NCBI GenBank assembly: GCA_951406725.2
Contig: OX597825.1
Span: forward strand, 3,596,001-3,660,000
Origin: Octopus vulgaris
Taxonomy: Eukaryota
Reading direction: 5' to 3'
DNA: 64,000 nucleotides
This document shows, piece by piece, positions 41,556 to 54,885 of the stretch (position 1 is the first letter of the stretch; each line of letters starts with the position of its first letter). Below the pieces are notes generated by a model. The model was not told where the DNA came from, searched no databases, and worked only from the letters and a program-made list of their open reading frames with translations. Both the position numbers and the translations under genes were made by a program.

Positions 41556-42087
41556 TACATATATATATGCGTGTGTGTGTATATATACATACATACATAC
41601 ATACATACATGCATACATACATACATACATACATACTATGGTAGATAGGTAATTCGCGTAAACAGCCTATATGGAAACAGTTGCATCGAAGTGTTTAAAC
41701 TTGCAGTTAAGGAAACATTAAGTATTTGAATACTCCCCAAACTTGTAAAAAGTATGGAACGCGAAAACCGTATGGCTGCCCGGTACCGAACTACTACGGT
41801 ACGCCAAGGGCTATGCACCCGGAAACGATGGCGGGGCACAAATACTTACATAAAGACAATCACCTACACACCCACAGACACACACATGCATTCACGACCA
41901 CTTCATGCACATAAAGATACAGACACAAACGCACATTAACATATATATGTATACTCAATGAGCTTTGTTGTGTGGATGAACGAAGAACCACGCAGTTGGG
42001 AAGAAAGCTACTAACAGCACGTCTCTCGCTCTCTCTTTCTCTCACTCTATGTACACTCACATGTACACTCACGCACACACAGCTATA

Positions 42088-42142
<55 letters not shown>

Positions 42143-42621
42143 TTGATATAGGATAAAAATTCTTTCGGGAAAAAATTTTTATCAATGGCCAGCATATCAA
42201 AAAATGCCTTTAAAGGTAAAATTTATACGTAATTTACAAGATAAGGGCAGAAGAAAAAATTGTAATGCCAGATACGCCGAAACAAAAAAATTGTCGTTAA
42301 CCATTAAATTTATGCGTCTCGAACTAAACCGATAGAAATCTCTAAAAAATTCGTTATTACCGTATTGGTCCAATTTTGGGGTTAATTCACAAGAAATTTT
42401 CCCCTCTTCAGCGGCACATACGGGAGAATTAAATGAAATACTTATTCATACCCACGGAAGAAACAAGCACCAAGTACCGAGCAGACTTAAGTACCCCAAA
42501 TATATCCAAATAGAAAAATCTTCGGCGCACCTCGAGACACGTGTGATTCGAACTAGAAACTTTCACAGAGTGATAGAATCCGGAAGTGAAACACTAATAT
42601 ATTTATAAGTATATATATATA

Positions 42622-42715
42622 TGAGTTTCTTTATGTTTCTCTCTAAGTAAATCCACTCACAAGTGTTTGTTCCGACGGGCACTATAATAGCAGACAGTTG
42701 TCCAAGTTGCCACTG
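42622..42715 (-). mobile_element. SINE family 2 fragment
   Basis: aaatccactcacaagtgtttgttccgacgggcactataatagcagacagttgtccaagttgccac. Confidence 0.6.
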
Positions 42716-43996
42716 AATCACCCGCCATTAATACACACAGTGACGTAATTTTTGAATATATTCATTAGAAATTTCTCTACGGTGACTCCATCTCTTTATA
42801 CATACATCTGGTATATACTAGAGGACCAATGCCATCAATACTGGCGACAGTCTAATGAAACCGCCTTTCTTTACCTATGATTATAATGTGTCCATTTCAG
42901 TGCCCTACATTATTTTAGCTGAGATGCTTCGCCTTATGCCTTAAAGCTTACTGTCACCAAATTGGTTTTCAAGCACATTGTACAAGATAAATGAAAATAG
43001 AACCTATGTAGTAAATAAATGTGCTACAAATAATATGCTCAATACTATATTTCTATGCATTTTATGAGGAAAATGATGCGTTCGCTGACGGAAGATTTTA
43101 CTGCACGCTGTCCTAAGCGCAAGCCTACCTAAACAAATGGTAAAATATTCATCAAACAAACAACGAGTAATTTTATATTCCCATTTCTTACAAAAGAAAT
43201 CTATTGATACACAACATATGTTTTTATACAACATATATTTACATACAAGAAACGTAACAGTAAGTATTATTTACATGTAACAGCGCTGTAAAGAAATATT
43301 CCATTAATACGCAGACTTCTTTACTGCTCTTCCTCGATGCGTCAGTATACGAATACCAATGCATGTCCGGGTCACCTCAACCTCTCCAGTAGTCACTTTC
43401 TGTTAGTCCAAAGTATTGATCTGATTGCAGTCTTTGAATCGTGTCTCGTGTGCAAACTTTATATTTCCATCACTAATTTCACCACGGACAAACAGATACT
43501 ATATAATGATTTGTTCTATTTTCAATTTTATTGAGAAAAATTGAAGTCCCTTCTTCTTGTCATATTCATTAGGTAGTGGCAAAAATTCAGTAGAAACAAT
43601 GCCGCGGAATGAGGGAGATTTGCTTGGATCCAATAAAAACTGCCATAGAATTTAAATAGTAATTGACTGTGTATACTCCACCCTTAAAAAAGGACTAAAA
43701 TATGTTGAATAATATAGTTAATATTTTACTTTTGTAAGGTAAATAAAATTATATATACTTTAGTATAACATACGTCTTCGTCAAATACGTGTGGGGTTCA
43801 TCCTTCTTTACAGAGCCTCAAAAACATACATTTGAACTGTGAAACAGACTACTAATTGATTGAAACTGCCTGTCGAGTCATTTTTCAGCCTGAAAGAAAA
43901 TTACAAGTTGTTACGATGAAGGGGAGTATAATATAACCGCACCCCACCAGTGTTCGATATTTTGATTACTAATTTTTCATCAATCATATAAAGCTT

Positions 43997-44152
43997 GTTC
44001 AAATTCCACCGAGGTTGACTTTGCCTTTCATCCTTTCGGGGTCGATTAACTACGTACCGGTTACGCACTGGGATCGATGTAATCGACTTAATCCATTTGT
44101 TTGTCCTTGTTTGTCCCCTCCGTGTTTAGCCCCCTGTGGCAATAAAGAAATA
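43997..44152 (+). mobile_element. SINE family 1, 5'-truncated copy (tail A)
   Basis: gttcaaattccaccgaggttgactttgcctttcatcctttcggggtcga..ttaatcc..tgtttgtcccctccgtgtttagcccc..aataaagaaata. Confidence 0.9.
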
Positions 44153-47100
44153 AATATTTTGCAAGTTTTTCTACTAAGTCATCTTTGATAATCATGATTG
44201 GTATTGATTTCTAAAAGTGTAAAAAATTTTGATGTATGGTACTGCTAATTAAATTTATTCTGCCACTTGAAGAGTAGGTCTTTTTATCTCCTCTTTGAAT
44301 TACTCTCAAATCTGATCTCAGTAGTAAAACTGCGAACGAAAGTTTCTTTAGTAGAAAAATCCAAACTAATTTGTGGTTGGTTCCCTAGATTCTGCGAATA
44401 CTCCGGTTTAATCCAGATTAATATTTAAAACAGAGCCAGCATCAATAGTAAGTAATTCTATGTACAAAAAAGCACCATATGTCGTTTTTATAACATCGCT
44501 CTTTACCTCTACGACAAACACCCTGCAAATGCCCCATGTCTTAAAGGAAAACTAATCACTGTTTTACAGGTTCCTTTTGGAGCGCTACATCAGAACATGT
44601 TAACCAATGAGTTCATCTTATGCCCTATATATATAATGCGGTGGAGTGTGACATTCATTGCTACAATGTATATCTAAAGGTTTGATATCTATGTCAATGT
44701 GCAAAATATTTGTCTGCAGGTGGAAAATATTTAACATGTAAAAGTTTAATATCTTAATCAAATGACTGTCATTGGTTAAACATTTTTTCATAGAAACTAT
44801 CAACACACACCTCATGCTGGGGCAGATCTTGTTTACGATTTTGATATACACTCTAAGGGAATTAATGATTTGATTCAGCAAACATTATTACTTGTTTTTA
44901 GCTCAGGGCACTGTACTCGTAGATTTTTGAAGAACTTGTAAATTCAGTTCATTAGAAATTACTGGTTACTTAACGGAACGAGGGACTAATTTGAATACTG
45001 CAACTTGTTCCACATTTAACAGAGGTCATTACTTATGAAATACATAATTCTTTCATTTCCTTATATAATGAAAACAGTTGAAATATTTATTAAATTAACA
45101 TACGATTGTCCGAAGCCACAATATCATACACAATTGATATTTAATCACTTGTGTGCTGAAGAAAAGTGTTTGAATATACGAGTATCATATGTACAAGTTG
45201 ATTTCATAATACGGTGTTCATTTAAAGATGGCCGGTATGTGGTTTTACTACCGCAACAAATTTAATTTTCCTGAATATCTCTCCACCTATTAACTATTTA
45301 CAATATAAATTTATAATTATATAACTAACCGATTTCGAATGGTTTCACACACTAAGGTGTATTATGATAATTTCCTGATATTTATCCTGAATTGAATTAA
45401 TACAAATAGACACACAATCGTAACAGATTATTATAGCCATCATTTTTTATCACCTTATGCAAATGAGGGTATTAAATGGTCATAAATTACTCAGCAATAT
45501 TAATATTTGTAATACATTAATCAAGTATTTATTTTTGTATTGATTTAATGAATGGTTTGGAACATTGATATAGACATAAATACCAACACTCAAATAAATG
45601 TATGTACAGCAACATATAAAGCCAGAAACATAGGCATTTATTTATCACTCAATGGCCAGTTCTGACATGACGTCATATTTCCTGGGTTTTGATGTTAGAT
45701 TAGCGTGAGTTGAGCGCCTTTTCTAGAATCTCTTTTCGTCAACTATAAATTCCGAGCATGGAATGCAAGACAAGATTCCTGAAAAATAAATTATCTCGAT
45801 ACAATTAAAACAATGAATTTAAATTGATCGAATAGAGACCATTCCTTCGCTTTGGGTTGTTTTGTGCTATGGATTAATTTCATTTCTGTTTCACCAAATG
45901 GAACTCCAAATATACAACAATACGGGGCCATTAACAATAGCAAACTCAGAATATGTCGCACTGCTGGTATTGCGACTTACCTGAAAATGTTAAACGAAAC
46001 CGTATTAACTTTGTTGTAGTACTAATGGAAGCACTTGAAATATATCAATGAACTGCAGGTTTAAACTGAGATTTAGGCTTGGAATAAACATAAAAGACAT
46101 CGTTTGAAGTTCGCATTCTATTGCTGTATGAGGATAATTAATTTTGCTTCCACTGTGATATGCATAATACAGGAATCGATCGTTTGACCTTCTTTTACGT
46201 TACGAATACTTGCATACCAATGTCTTAGCTTCTTTAAGAAGCAGGATACTCATGGTTAAATTAACAAGGGCCATGGAGCCTGTATATCAACTTGTCTGCA
46301 CAATAATATGTCCGGCGTGGTATGTGGAATTACTTCATAATCACAGTCAAAAATCTTTTAAACATGTCAGCAATAAGTTTATCGTGATTTCTTATCAACC
46401 CGGGGAATCACATGCATTTTTAGGCAAGACAACTGTTATTCTCGTGGTTGTGCAACCGGAACTGGATGAGGATCTATTGATCTGAAGAGAACCAGATAAT
46501 CCTCGATGCAACAGAATCTTTCTCTTGTTCAAAGATATTTTGTCAAAATTTGTTTCTTGTTCCTTTCGTAAGATTCTGATTCAGGGCCAGTTTCATGGTG
46601 ATTATTTCAAAAACACCTTTGTCACCAAACCTCGGATTCTCTTGTGAGGATTTTCAAATGTCTCGTCCTCCAGCAAGTAGACTATCCCGTTGCACAGACA
46701 CAGGCAGGACACCTGTTATGTCCTTTCCCACCAACCACACCTTCGTACGCTCCGTTGCAGCTGTCCATTCATGCCTTAAAACATCAACCATACTTACAGA
46801 GCTGTGAGCAGCAACCATGATATAAGCATTTTCATACACGGATGGAGGCCTCGTGATATTTCGTGTTAGTAATTTTTTTCTCAATTACAGCTTTAATATT
46901 TTATGTTAGCCAACGTTGGTGAGTGTTCACTAATGCATTAAGCGGTTTCTGAATCTGGATAAATTAAAATCATGAAATTTATCACCAACAACATGGATAT
47001 TTTCCAAGCCGGAGAGAATTTACTTTAGTTTTAATGGATTGCAATATTTCTCTGACCAAATATATATTTTTCGTGAGTCAATATTTTCAGAAAGCATCAA

Positions 47101-49659
47101 CGTTTACAGCTGAACGTAACGTAGGTTTTAGTAGATGTATTTTCGTCCACATTGCAATGATTATCCTTTTTTCATCTTTCCTTAACTTTTCTATCGATTT
47201 CATTTACCTTCCGAAACCAATGAATGTTGAATGTGATTGTCTGTGTTTTACTACCTTTCTGTAATGTTTAGTTTTCATGTCGAGATTGGGTTTGACTTGG
47301 TTTCGGCACCCAAGATGAATTAATATATAAGAATTTTGAATAAAGATATATTTATAAAACTCGTGGTTTGCATGTGAAATTTGCACAGTATTGGATACTA
47401 TGGTCCTATATAGACCACTTAATACATTTAATATTGATGTCCAAAATCTAAAATGTCTCTCATAAATTACATATTTGGCTTGGATGTTGTATGATGTAGC
47501 GCAAGTATACATAATATTAGTCGGCATAAGAACAATAAATAATGCTTTGAGTTCTTCACGGCCATCTATCTGATTGAAAACTCTACATTCAATATATTTA
47601 AATGTGTGTGAGTATAGCGAGTCTCTAATTAAATTATCTTTTGAGGATGCTGATCGCTTGAAAATTGTTAGATATACGCTGAAATAATGGAAAGTATAGA
47701 TAATGCTTGACCTGCTTCTATGTGCCACTTAAAGTTTTGGTGTTTCGCTAATTCCTCATTAAAACATAATTCGAAATTTATTGCAGTGAATGTTGAATGT
47801 AGTATATTATATTTGCATAATCACGACGTAATATAATTTCGATTTGTTCAGGAGTCTCGTTACAATCCGAAGTACAAAGAGACATTTTCGGAAGTGGAAA
47901 TTTACTTGAAAATTTTAAACTTTCCAAGTGTTTATGATAAAGTACACAAGTACATCGTAAGAATTACTTTTGTGTGTAGTATTTTGAAATAGGGTATATA
48001 ATGTATTTAATATATTACTAGCTGAAGTTACGTTTCAAGCGAAAGAAATTAATAAGCAAATAATATTTTTTTATAAAACGGCTGCATTATGTCCGTGGGT
48101 GTTCTAAGATACAACTTATTGTACACTTATTTCCATAATTGCCAACGTGCATAGACTAATATTTTTATATAGTTTATGTAATAATACATTGACATAAGAG
48201 ATGGCATACGAACAGAACGACGAAAGAGGGTGATAGTACATAGAAATATTCCACAATGAGTATTTCAGGAAACAGTTGGAATCTATTTGCGAAAGTAAGG
48301 TTTTCAATACCACCAAAGTCGACTGTGATTTCAAATGTTCAGATAAAACACGTACAAATGTTGATTGGTATCGATGGAAAACTTTTTCATCTTCCAACAA
48401 AAGCAATGCAGGCATTGTAAAAATTAAGACATTCTATTTTACTTTTAATATCGTTGCATTTTATTTAGAAAGATAAGATAGGATAAAACAGATCTTCAAA
48501 GGATCAAAACAAAAGTGTATGCCTATCGAATCAGTGATGATAAGGTGTGCATGAATTATAAATATGAGTCAATAAGCTAATGTCAATAATCCTATTCTTC
48601 ACATGTAGTATCTTCGTAGCGTGTCTATCTTTCTTGGTAGGGGTTTACAATTTTCAAATTTTTCAGATACGATACGTAGATTTTCATATTATCAGTCCCA
48701 TTAATTAATTAACCTTGCATGGAAGCAAACATAATTAGTGATTCTGATACTTAATCTACGATATGCGTTTCTTTTAAGATTTATGCTTATTTTTCAGCGT
48801 TAACTCTACAAGACGTATGTACAGATAGCTAGATAGATAGATACATACATACATACATACATACATACATACATACATACATACATACATACATACATAC
48901 ATAGATCGAACTATTTAGCAATAGCAGAAGATAAATAATTTTATTTTATTTGCACAGGTTCTGACACTGGAAACGTACTTTGTTGTTAGCTGTTCACGAC
49001 CAGTGAACTAAGGTAAAGCCTCTTATTTCTCGAGGACTAGTTTTCTGCAAGTGCTCCAACATTATTGCACCCCCTATTTCTTATATGTAAATTTTATTTT
49101 TTCTTTTTCTTCTTCTTCTTTCCAGGGTGGATTTGTTCGACTAAATGTGGTGGACCAGTATGGGCGTGTTCAAATGACTGAAACAAGTAAAAGAACAAAG
49201 GAAAAAACAATATATATGTATGTATGTATATGTTTGTATCTATACATGTATATATACATATATATGCAGAGAAGAAGAGGGACATTGATAGAGAAAGATA
49301 AATATATAGATATATTGATAGATACGTAAATGTTTCCCTTCTCTATATTTTTATAACACTATCTCTCAAGATACCCCTGATTAATACCTAAAATATAAAT
49401 TGCGCTGACATCCGGCATAATCTTGTATTATTTTTTCATGTATGTCGCATGAATTAGGAACAGGAGAACCCATATGCTTTACACATACATATACATTTTA
49501 ACCCTTATCCTGTAATAAAATACGGAAATAAGAAATGTATCGAATTTTCATGCGTTTGTTATGATATATACGTATAATACTGTTGTTGGTATGTAATCGT
49601 CTGTGTTGTCTATGTCCTTCACTACGGCTAAGGAGTCCTTTCTACCCCACTGAAACAGT

Positions 49660-49860
49660 AAAAACGAGGTATTTTCTACTCTTCTCCTCTTGAAGCCATC
49701 TGCTCGGGATACCAGAGGGCGCACACTCTCCTACCCCGATGTAATCATGGATACAGGCATCCAGCAACAGGACCTCCGTAATGCTATGATGGACCGTGAA
49801 GAGTGGCGTAACGTAGTAAATTCCATTTTTACGACCACGGTCGAACAAATTGATGATGAT
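49660..49860 (+). mobile_element. RTE/RTE-X-type LINE extreme 3' end
   Basis: LL.KPSARDTRGRTLSYPDVI.DTGIQQQDLRNAMMDREEWRNVVNS followed by a (TGA)n tail. Confidence 0.75.
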
Positions 49861-51028
49861 GTCTATGTCCGCAGCACTATATCTTTGCATAAAATATGAT
49901 TTGAAAGATATTTGCTTTCCAGTGAATGTGGGATTTTGGTCTACGTGTAATTTTAAACGTTAAAGATGGAAAGCATCAATTATTCTCACTAATTTTAGCA
50001 TGGCTGAGAAAGTATTTTCGTTTATTAAACTGGGAGTTTTATTGTCTATCGCATGTATATAAAATGAATATATTATCTTTTAATTAATAGACTCTCTTTT
50101 AAGAATTATTGCCACTTAATTATTTCCATTCTTGATTAAGGCAATTTCTGTAAAGTTTAACATAATACATGAACGTAAAATAAGATTTTAGCATCAGTAT
50201 ATTTTCCCAATGCGCAGCATTTCGACTAGTAGATGTATTATCTTTTTTATTAAGTTAAAATTAATAATAAATTTTAGTTACGCACACAGACTAATTATAA
50301 ATATTTGAAGTGAAAAATGAATTGCACCAATATATGTAATATCTGGACAACCCAAGAGAGTAATTTAAAGCCAGGAAATTGTTACAAATTTTGATAGAGT
50401 TCATTGCATATCAAACACATAATTCTCTCATCTGTAGTTTATAATGGAAATTCTTTGAACATCTATTATATTAATACGATGACGACCAGGAAGCCAATAT
50501 TATATACAATTAATATGTTATTTTCAGTGTGATGAGGAAAGGACTTTGAACATATATCTATAAATTGTGAGCGATAATTTCATCAAATGAACTTCGTTTA
50601 AATATTTCTCTTAAATGCATTTACTATTAGTATACGTTTGATTTTCGTTGTAACTTAAAGCTTATTAGCTTTAGAGAATCACTAATTAATAATTTTACAA
50701 CCTAACAATTTGCAATATTTTAGAAAACCATTTGCAATATATTCATTTACGTATATTAATAATGCTCTACGTTTAAATAGATATTAAGATTAAGACATTT
50801 ATAGCTTTCGTTTTTATCAAAGTACGTATAGGAAAAGTTAAGCGTATAATATACAAATAGCATTCTATGTTATTTGTATTCATACATTAAATTGCATATA
50901 CTTCGACTAATTTCAGTGATTCTTTGTAACATCAATGTACGTTTTACTCTTCTCTGTCAATCTCACTCTCTCTCACATCCTCTCCCACTTGTCAACATTC
51001 ACGCACAGACACAGACATCATGTGCACT

Positions 51029-51248
51029 AAGGCGTTGAGCTGGCAGAAACGTTAGCAGGCCAGGCAAAATGCTTAGCCGTATTTCTTCTGTCCTTGTGTT
51101 CTGAGTTCACATTCCGCCCAGGTCATTTTTGCCTTTCATCCATTTGGGGCCGATAAATTAAGTACCAGTTTCGTACTGGGGAACATCTAATCGACTGACC
51201 ACCTCACTTTCAAAATTTCGGGCCATATGCCTAGAATGCAAAAGATTA
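51029..51248 (+). mobile_element. SINE family 1 full-length copy (tail B)
   Basis: aaggcgttgagctggcagaaacgttagc..aaatgcttagc..ctgagttcacattccgcc..gcctttcatcc..aagtaccagtt..aaaatttcgggcc..cctagaatgcaaaagat. Confidence 0.9.
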
Positions 51249-51988
51249 TATAGCAAGACGTTTCATTCTGTAAATTGATTCAACTTGTATGTATGTAAAT
51301 ATATATATATATATTAACCGCTCCAAAACGCTAGATATAAATACCAAATGCCAACAAGAATTGCTTTATTTTTCCTCTAGCACAGGGATTCTGGGATATT
51401 TTCTTTTATGTAGATAAGGCTGGATATATGGTCCAGTAAAATAGGTGCTGGGGAGAGTATCTGGCATTAATTAATTTAACGAATTCTAATATTAGACCCC
51501 TTTTGCTAGTTATTCACCAGGTGTTAAGGATCGGTACTACATTCTTTTGTTTGACTTCATTTCAGGCAATACATTCTAAACTCGACAGGTGGTTAAGTTT
51601 CGCCGGGGGGAAAGAGTCGAACGAATTGAGAAATGCTATTTTTTTTTATGTTGACCTCGTCCTTGTTTCTGCTGGCATAAGGTTTAGCATCACAAATATT
51701 GGTTGGTTCATTATTTTGCTTGGGTTCATTCTTTCGTTTCAATTTTATTTCAGACTCCATGTATGATATTTCGTTCGTATGTTATTGAGATGAAAAACAT
51801 CCCTCTGTTCCTCAATTAATGATATACCGCCTGAAAAATGAATCAGTTAAGATGATCAAGCTTATGCCCAACGGTACCATGGACTACACCGTAATCATGC
51901 TAGCAATAGGGATTGTGATCTTGAATGCTATGTCATATTTGGAAGCGCTCGTAGCGATGCATTAAGTGTTTATAATTTCCATCGTAGG

Positions 51989-52152
<164 letters not shown>

Positions 52153-52563
52153 CATATATGATAATATTGTGTACAAGTAGTTCTATATATGCTGCAGCTA
52201 TATTTAGATCTCCAGATAGATTTTGTTTTCTCAATCCAATCTGCATTCTGTATTACTCCTAAGTAACTACTATAGTGAGTAATATTACAGGTTATGAGAC
52301 AAAAATCAAAGGCAGTATAAGGAAAAACATAAGTTTGTATTGAACTCCCACGTACGTTTCACACTTATTAATGTTTGGAGTCCAGCGACTGATATATCAA
52401 ATTCCTATAGAGGCACAATCACGAAGGATCCTAACAGAACACTTTATATATTTGTGTAGATATGTTTGTGTTTCTGTTTGTATTTGTGTGTGTTTGTGGG
52501 GAGTAAGAGAGAGAGAGAGATTTATAAATATATATATATATATACATACATACACCCACACAT

Positions 52564-52600
<37 letters not shown>

Positions 52601-52610
52601 ACACAACACA

Positions 52611-52756
52611 CAGCTGGAACTCAATTTATCGATTTTGAGAGAATGAATGGTAAAGTCGACCTCGGCATGATTGGAACCGAGAATTTAATGATCCTGTATA
52701 AATTACGATAAGTATTTTGTCGAGTGCGGTAACGGCTCTACCAGCTTACCGCTTTA
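52611..52756 (-). mobile_element. SINE family 1 fragment (head and core)
   Basis: tttatcga..gaatgaatggtaaagtcgacctcggc..taacggctctaccagcttaccgcttt. Confidence 0.75.
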
Positions 52757-54474
52757 GCTACTTTGACACACATATACACCATATTGTATATGGTGTATAT
52801 TACATTCCGTAAGCTGTGTTACGGAAATCTCCGAAATAAATACTACAATTAAATTGACAGCCTCACTCTGTATTATGGATTCTGACCGACCTGTATCCGG
52901 TGCAATGTATAATTACTTAAGTTGATTTTGTGAAAACGTTCAATGGCTACGTAGATTGACAGATATTCAGTATTATAACTCCAACATCTTTTGGTTATAT
53001 ATATACTTCTGAAATATGCATATTGATTTTTCTCTCAAGAAACTCCCTTATGATTTTGACCGTGTTATATGTTCAGAAAAGGAAACATTTCTTTACAGAA
53101 AAGAAAGAAATATATATTATCTACAAAATTGCATTGCAGTTTGAAATTTTCTACAAATGTAAGAGAAAAAGCAAAAAAAAAAATAATAAAACATGCTCTG
53201 AAGATAAACCCAATGATCGATGCAGCATGGAACACAGTACATTCGCTGACTTAATTTCAGCGCGTTACTGATGAAAGAAAATTATTTTGAAACTGATGAG
53301 ATTTTCTTTACAAGTTTTTCACCGTAGTATCCGTATAAAGCAAATGAACAAGTTTCTCTAGAGAAACAGAATATTTATATATATATATATATATATATAT
53401 GACACTAATGTTGATTAGAAATCCATTGTGCTAGTTCAAAAGATATATGAAGATTCAACAATACTGAACTAAATACTAAAATATAATAGGAATTCATGAA
53501 AGAATGCATATATAGGCTACAATTATATCCATTCAGTGATTTTAAGAATGGGAAATATATAAAACAGTAATACTAAAAGTGGTAATACTAAAATTGTATA
53601 AATGCCACTGGGGATATCACCAGCAAATTCTAAATTATGTGTTGACTTAGCTACGATATAACAACGTAACAAATATTACAACTTAATGCAGACAGAAATA
53701 TGTACATCAAATATTCTAATAAAAAGAGAACATTGGTGTATTGCAAGTCAACGACCACTTAATATCTATTATAAACAATTGTCACCAAACGAATTTGCTC
53801 ATTTTAATAAATGTTATATAACGTACAGCTGCATCGAGAGAGAGAGAGAGAGAGAGAGAGTACAGGCATTCATTTAGTGTTAGATAAATACGTCTATCTT
53901 ATATTCACCATATTTATTAAATTAACGTCTTACCTAACTACGATCTTCCACTTCAGCATATGTCAATGAAGACTGGCTGGAAGATGGAGGCGTTCCTGTT
54001 CCGTCATATCCGTCAGGTTCACCTAGAGATCTCTTCCATGATATCCGAAATTCAGTTTGTTCAAACGATATCACAGTCTATGTTCTTTACTTTAAAATAC
54101 AAAACACAGCATACGAAGCATAATTCACAGTGGTTCTTTGAATCCGAAGAAGCGTTAAGCTAGTAGGGTTATGTACAATGATAAACCAATCACTGAATTT
54201 TGGGAGACGTTGGCAAATGCCCAGGTTGTATCCATTGCCTACCATCATCTGTGAATTGCACTGCTGCAAAGTTGAGAAGAGAACTGCGCTTGTTACTCTT
54301 TCTGTGGAAGGAATGGGTTCCGATTGCTATCGGCTCTCTTTGTTGTAAGGAGGCGTTGAGCTGATTCTGATAATGCTGTGGCTAATGATGCATAAACATG
54401 CAATCAGGCTGCGAGATGCTTTGGTGTATTATTCAAGGTAAGCAGATAGATTCGCCGACTGTCATACTCACTTT

Positions 54475-54885
54475 TGAAGAGCATGAAATTTGGTCGGATT
54501 TGGTGATTGGTTTGACTGTCCCCCGTACTTGACTAGTACTTAATTTTATTGATCTCAGGAAGGTGAAACGTAACGTTCCCCTTTGTCACAATTTAGCTCA
54601 GATTTTTAAGAACTGCAATAACTACTCTTGGGCGTGATGTTCGGTGCGTAAAATATATTGGGCCAACTCGCAACCTTTAATGGTCTCAAATTATGACACC
54701 TTTTGAGTAGGTAGTAGTTTATTATATCGACACCACGGCCCAGGTATTACTTTGTCATCATCGAAAAAGTGAAAGCAAACACTTCCTCGACCGAATTTGA
54801 AGGTAGGCCGTATAGGAATCGGAAGAAATATATGTAGTCATTTTTCCTACGACCCAACAATATTGCTCATTCGACGCGTCCTTGA
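54475..54885 (-). mobile_element. Two adjacent, highly degenerate SINE family 1 copies
   Basis: actagtacttaattttattgatctcaggaaggtgaaa..gccaactcgcaacctt, then tatcgacacc..aggtattactttgtca..gtgaaagcaaac..gaatttgaa. Confidence 0.5.

Noticed and set aside
48958-49012. Frame with two in-frame TGA codons as a selenoprotein exon
   Set aside because: No similarity to a selenoprotein I recognise and no SECIS evidence.
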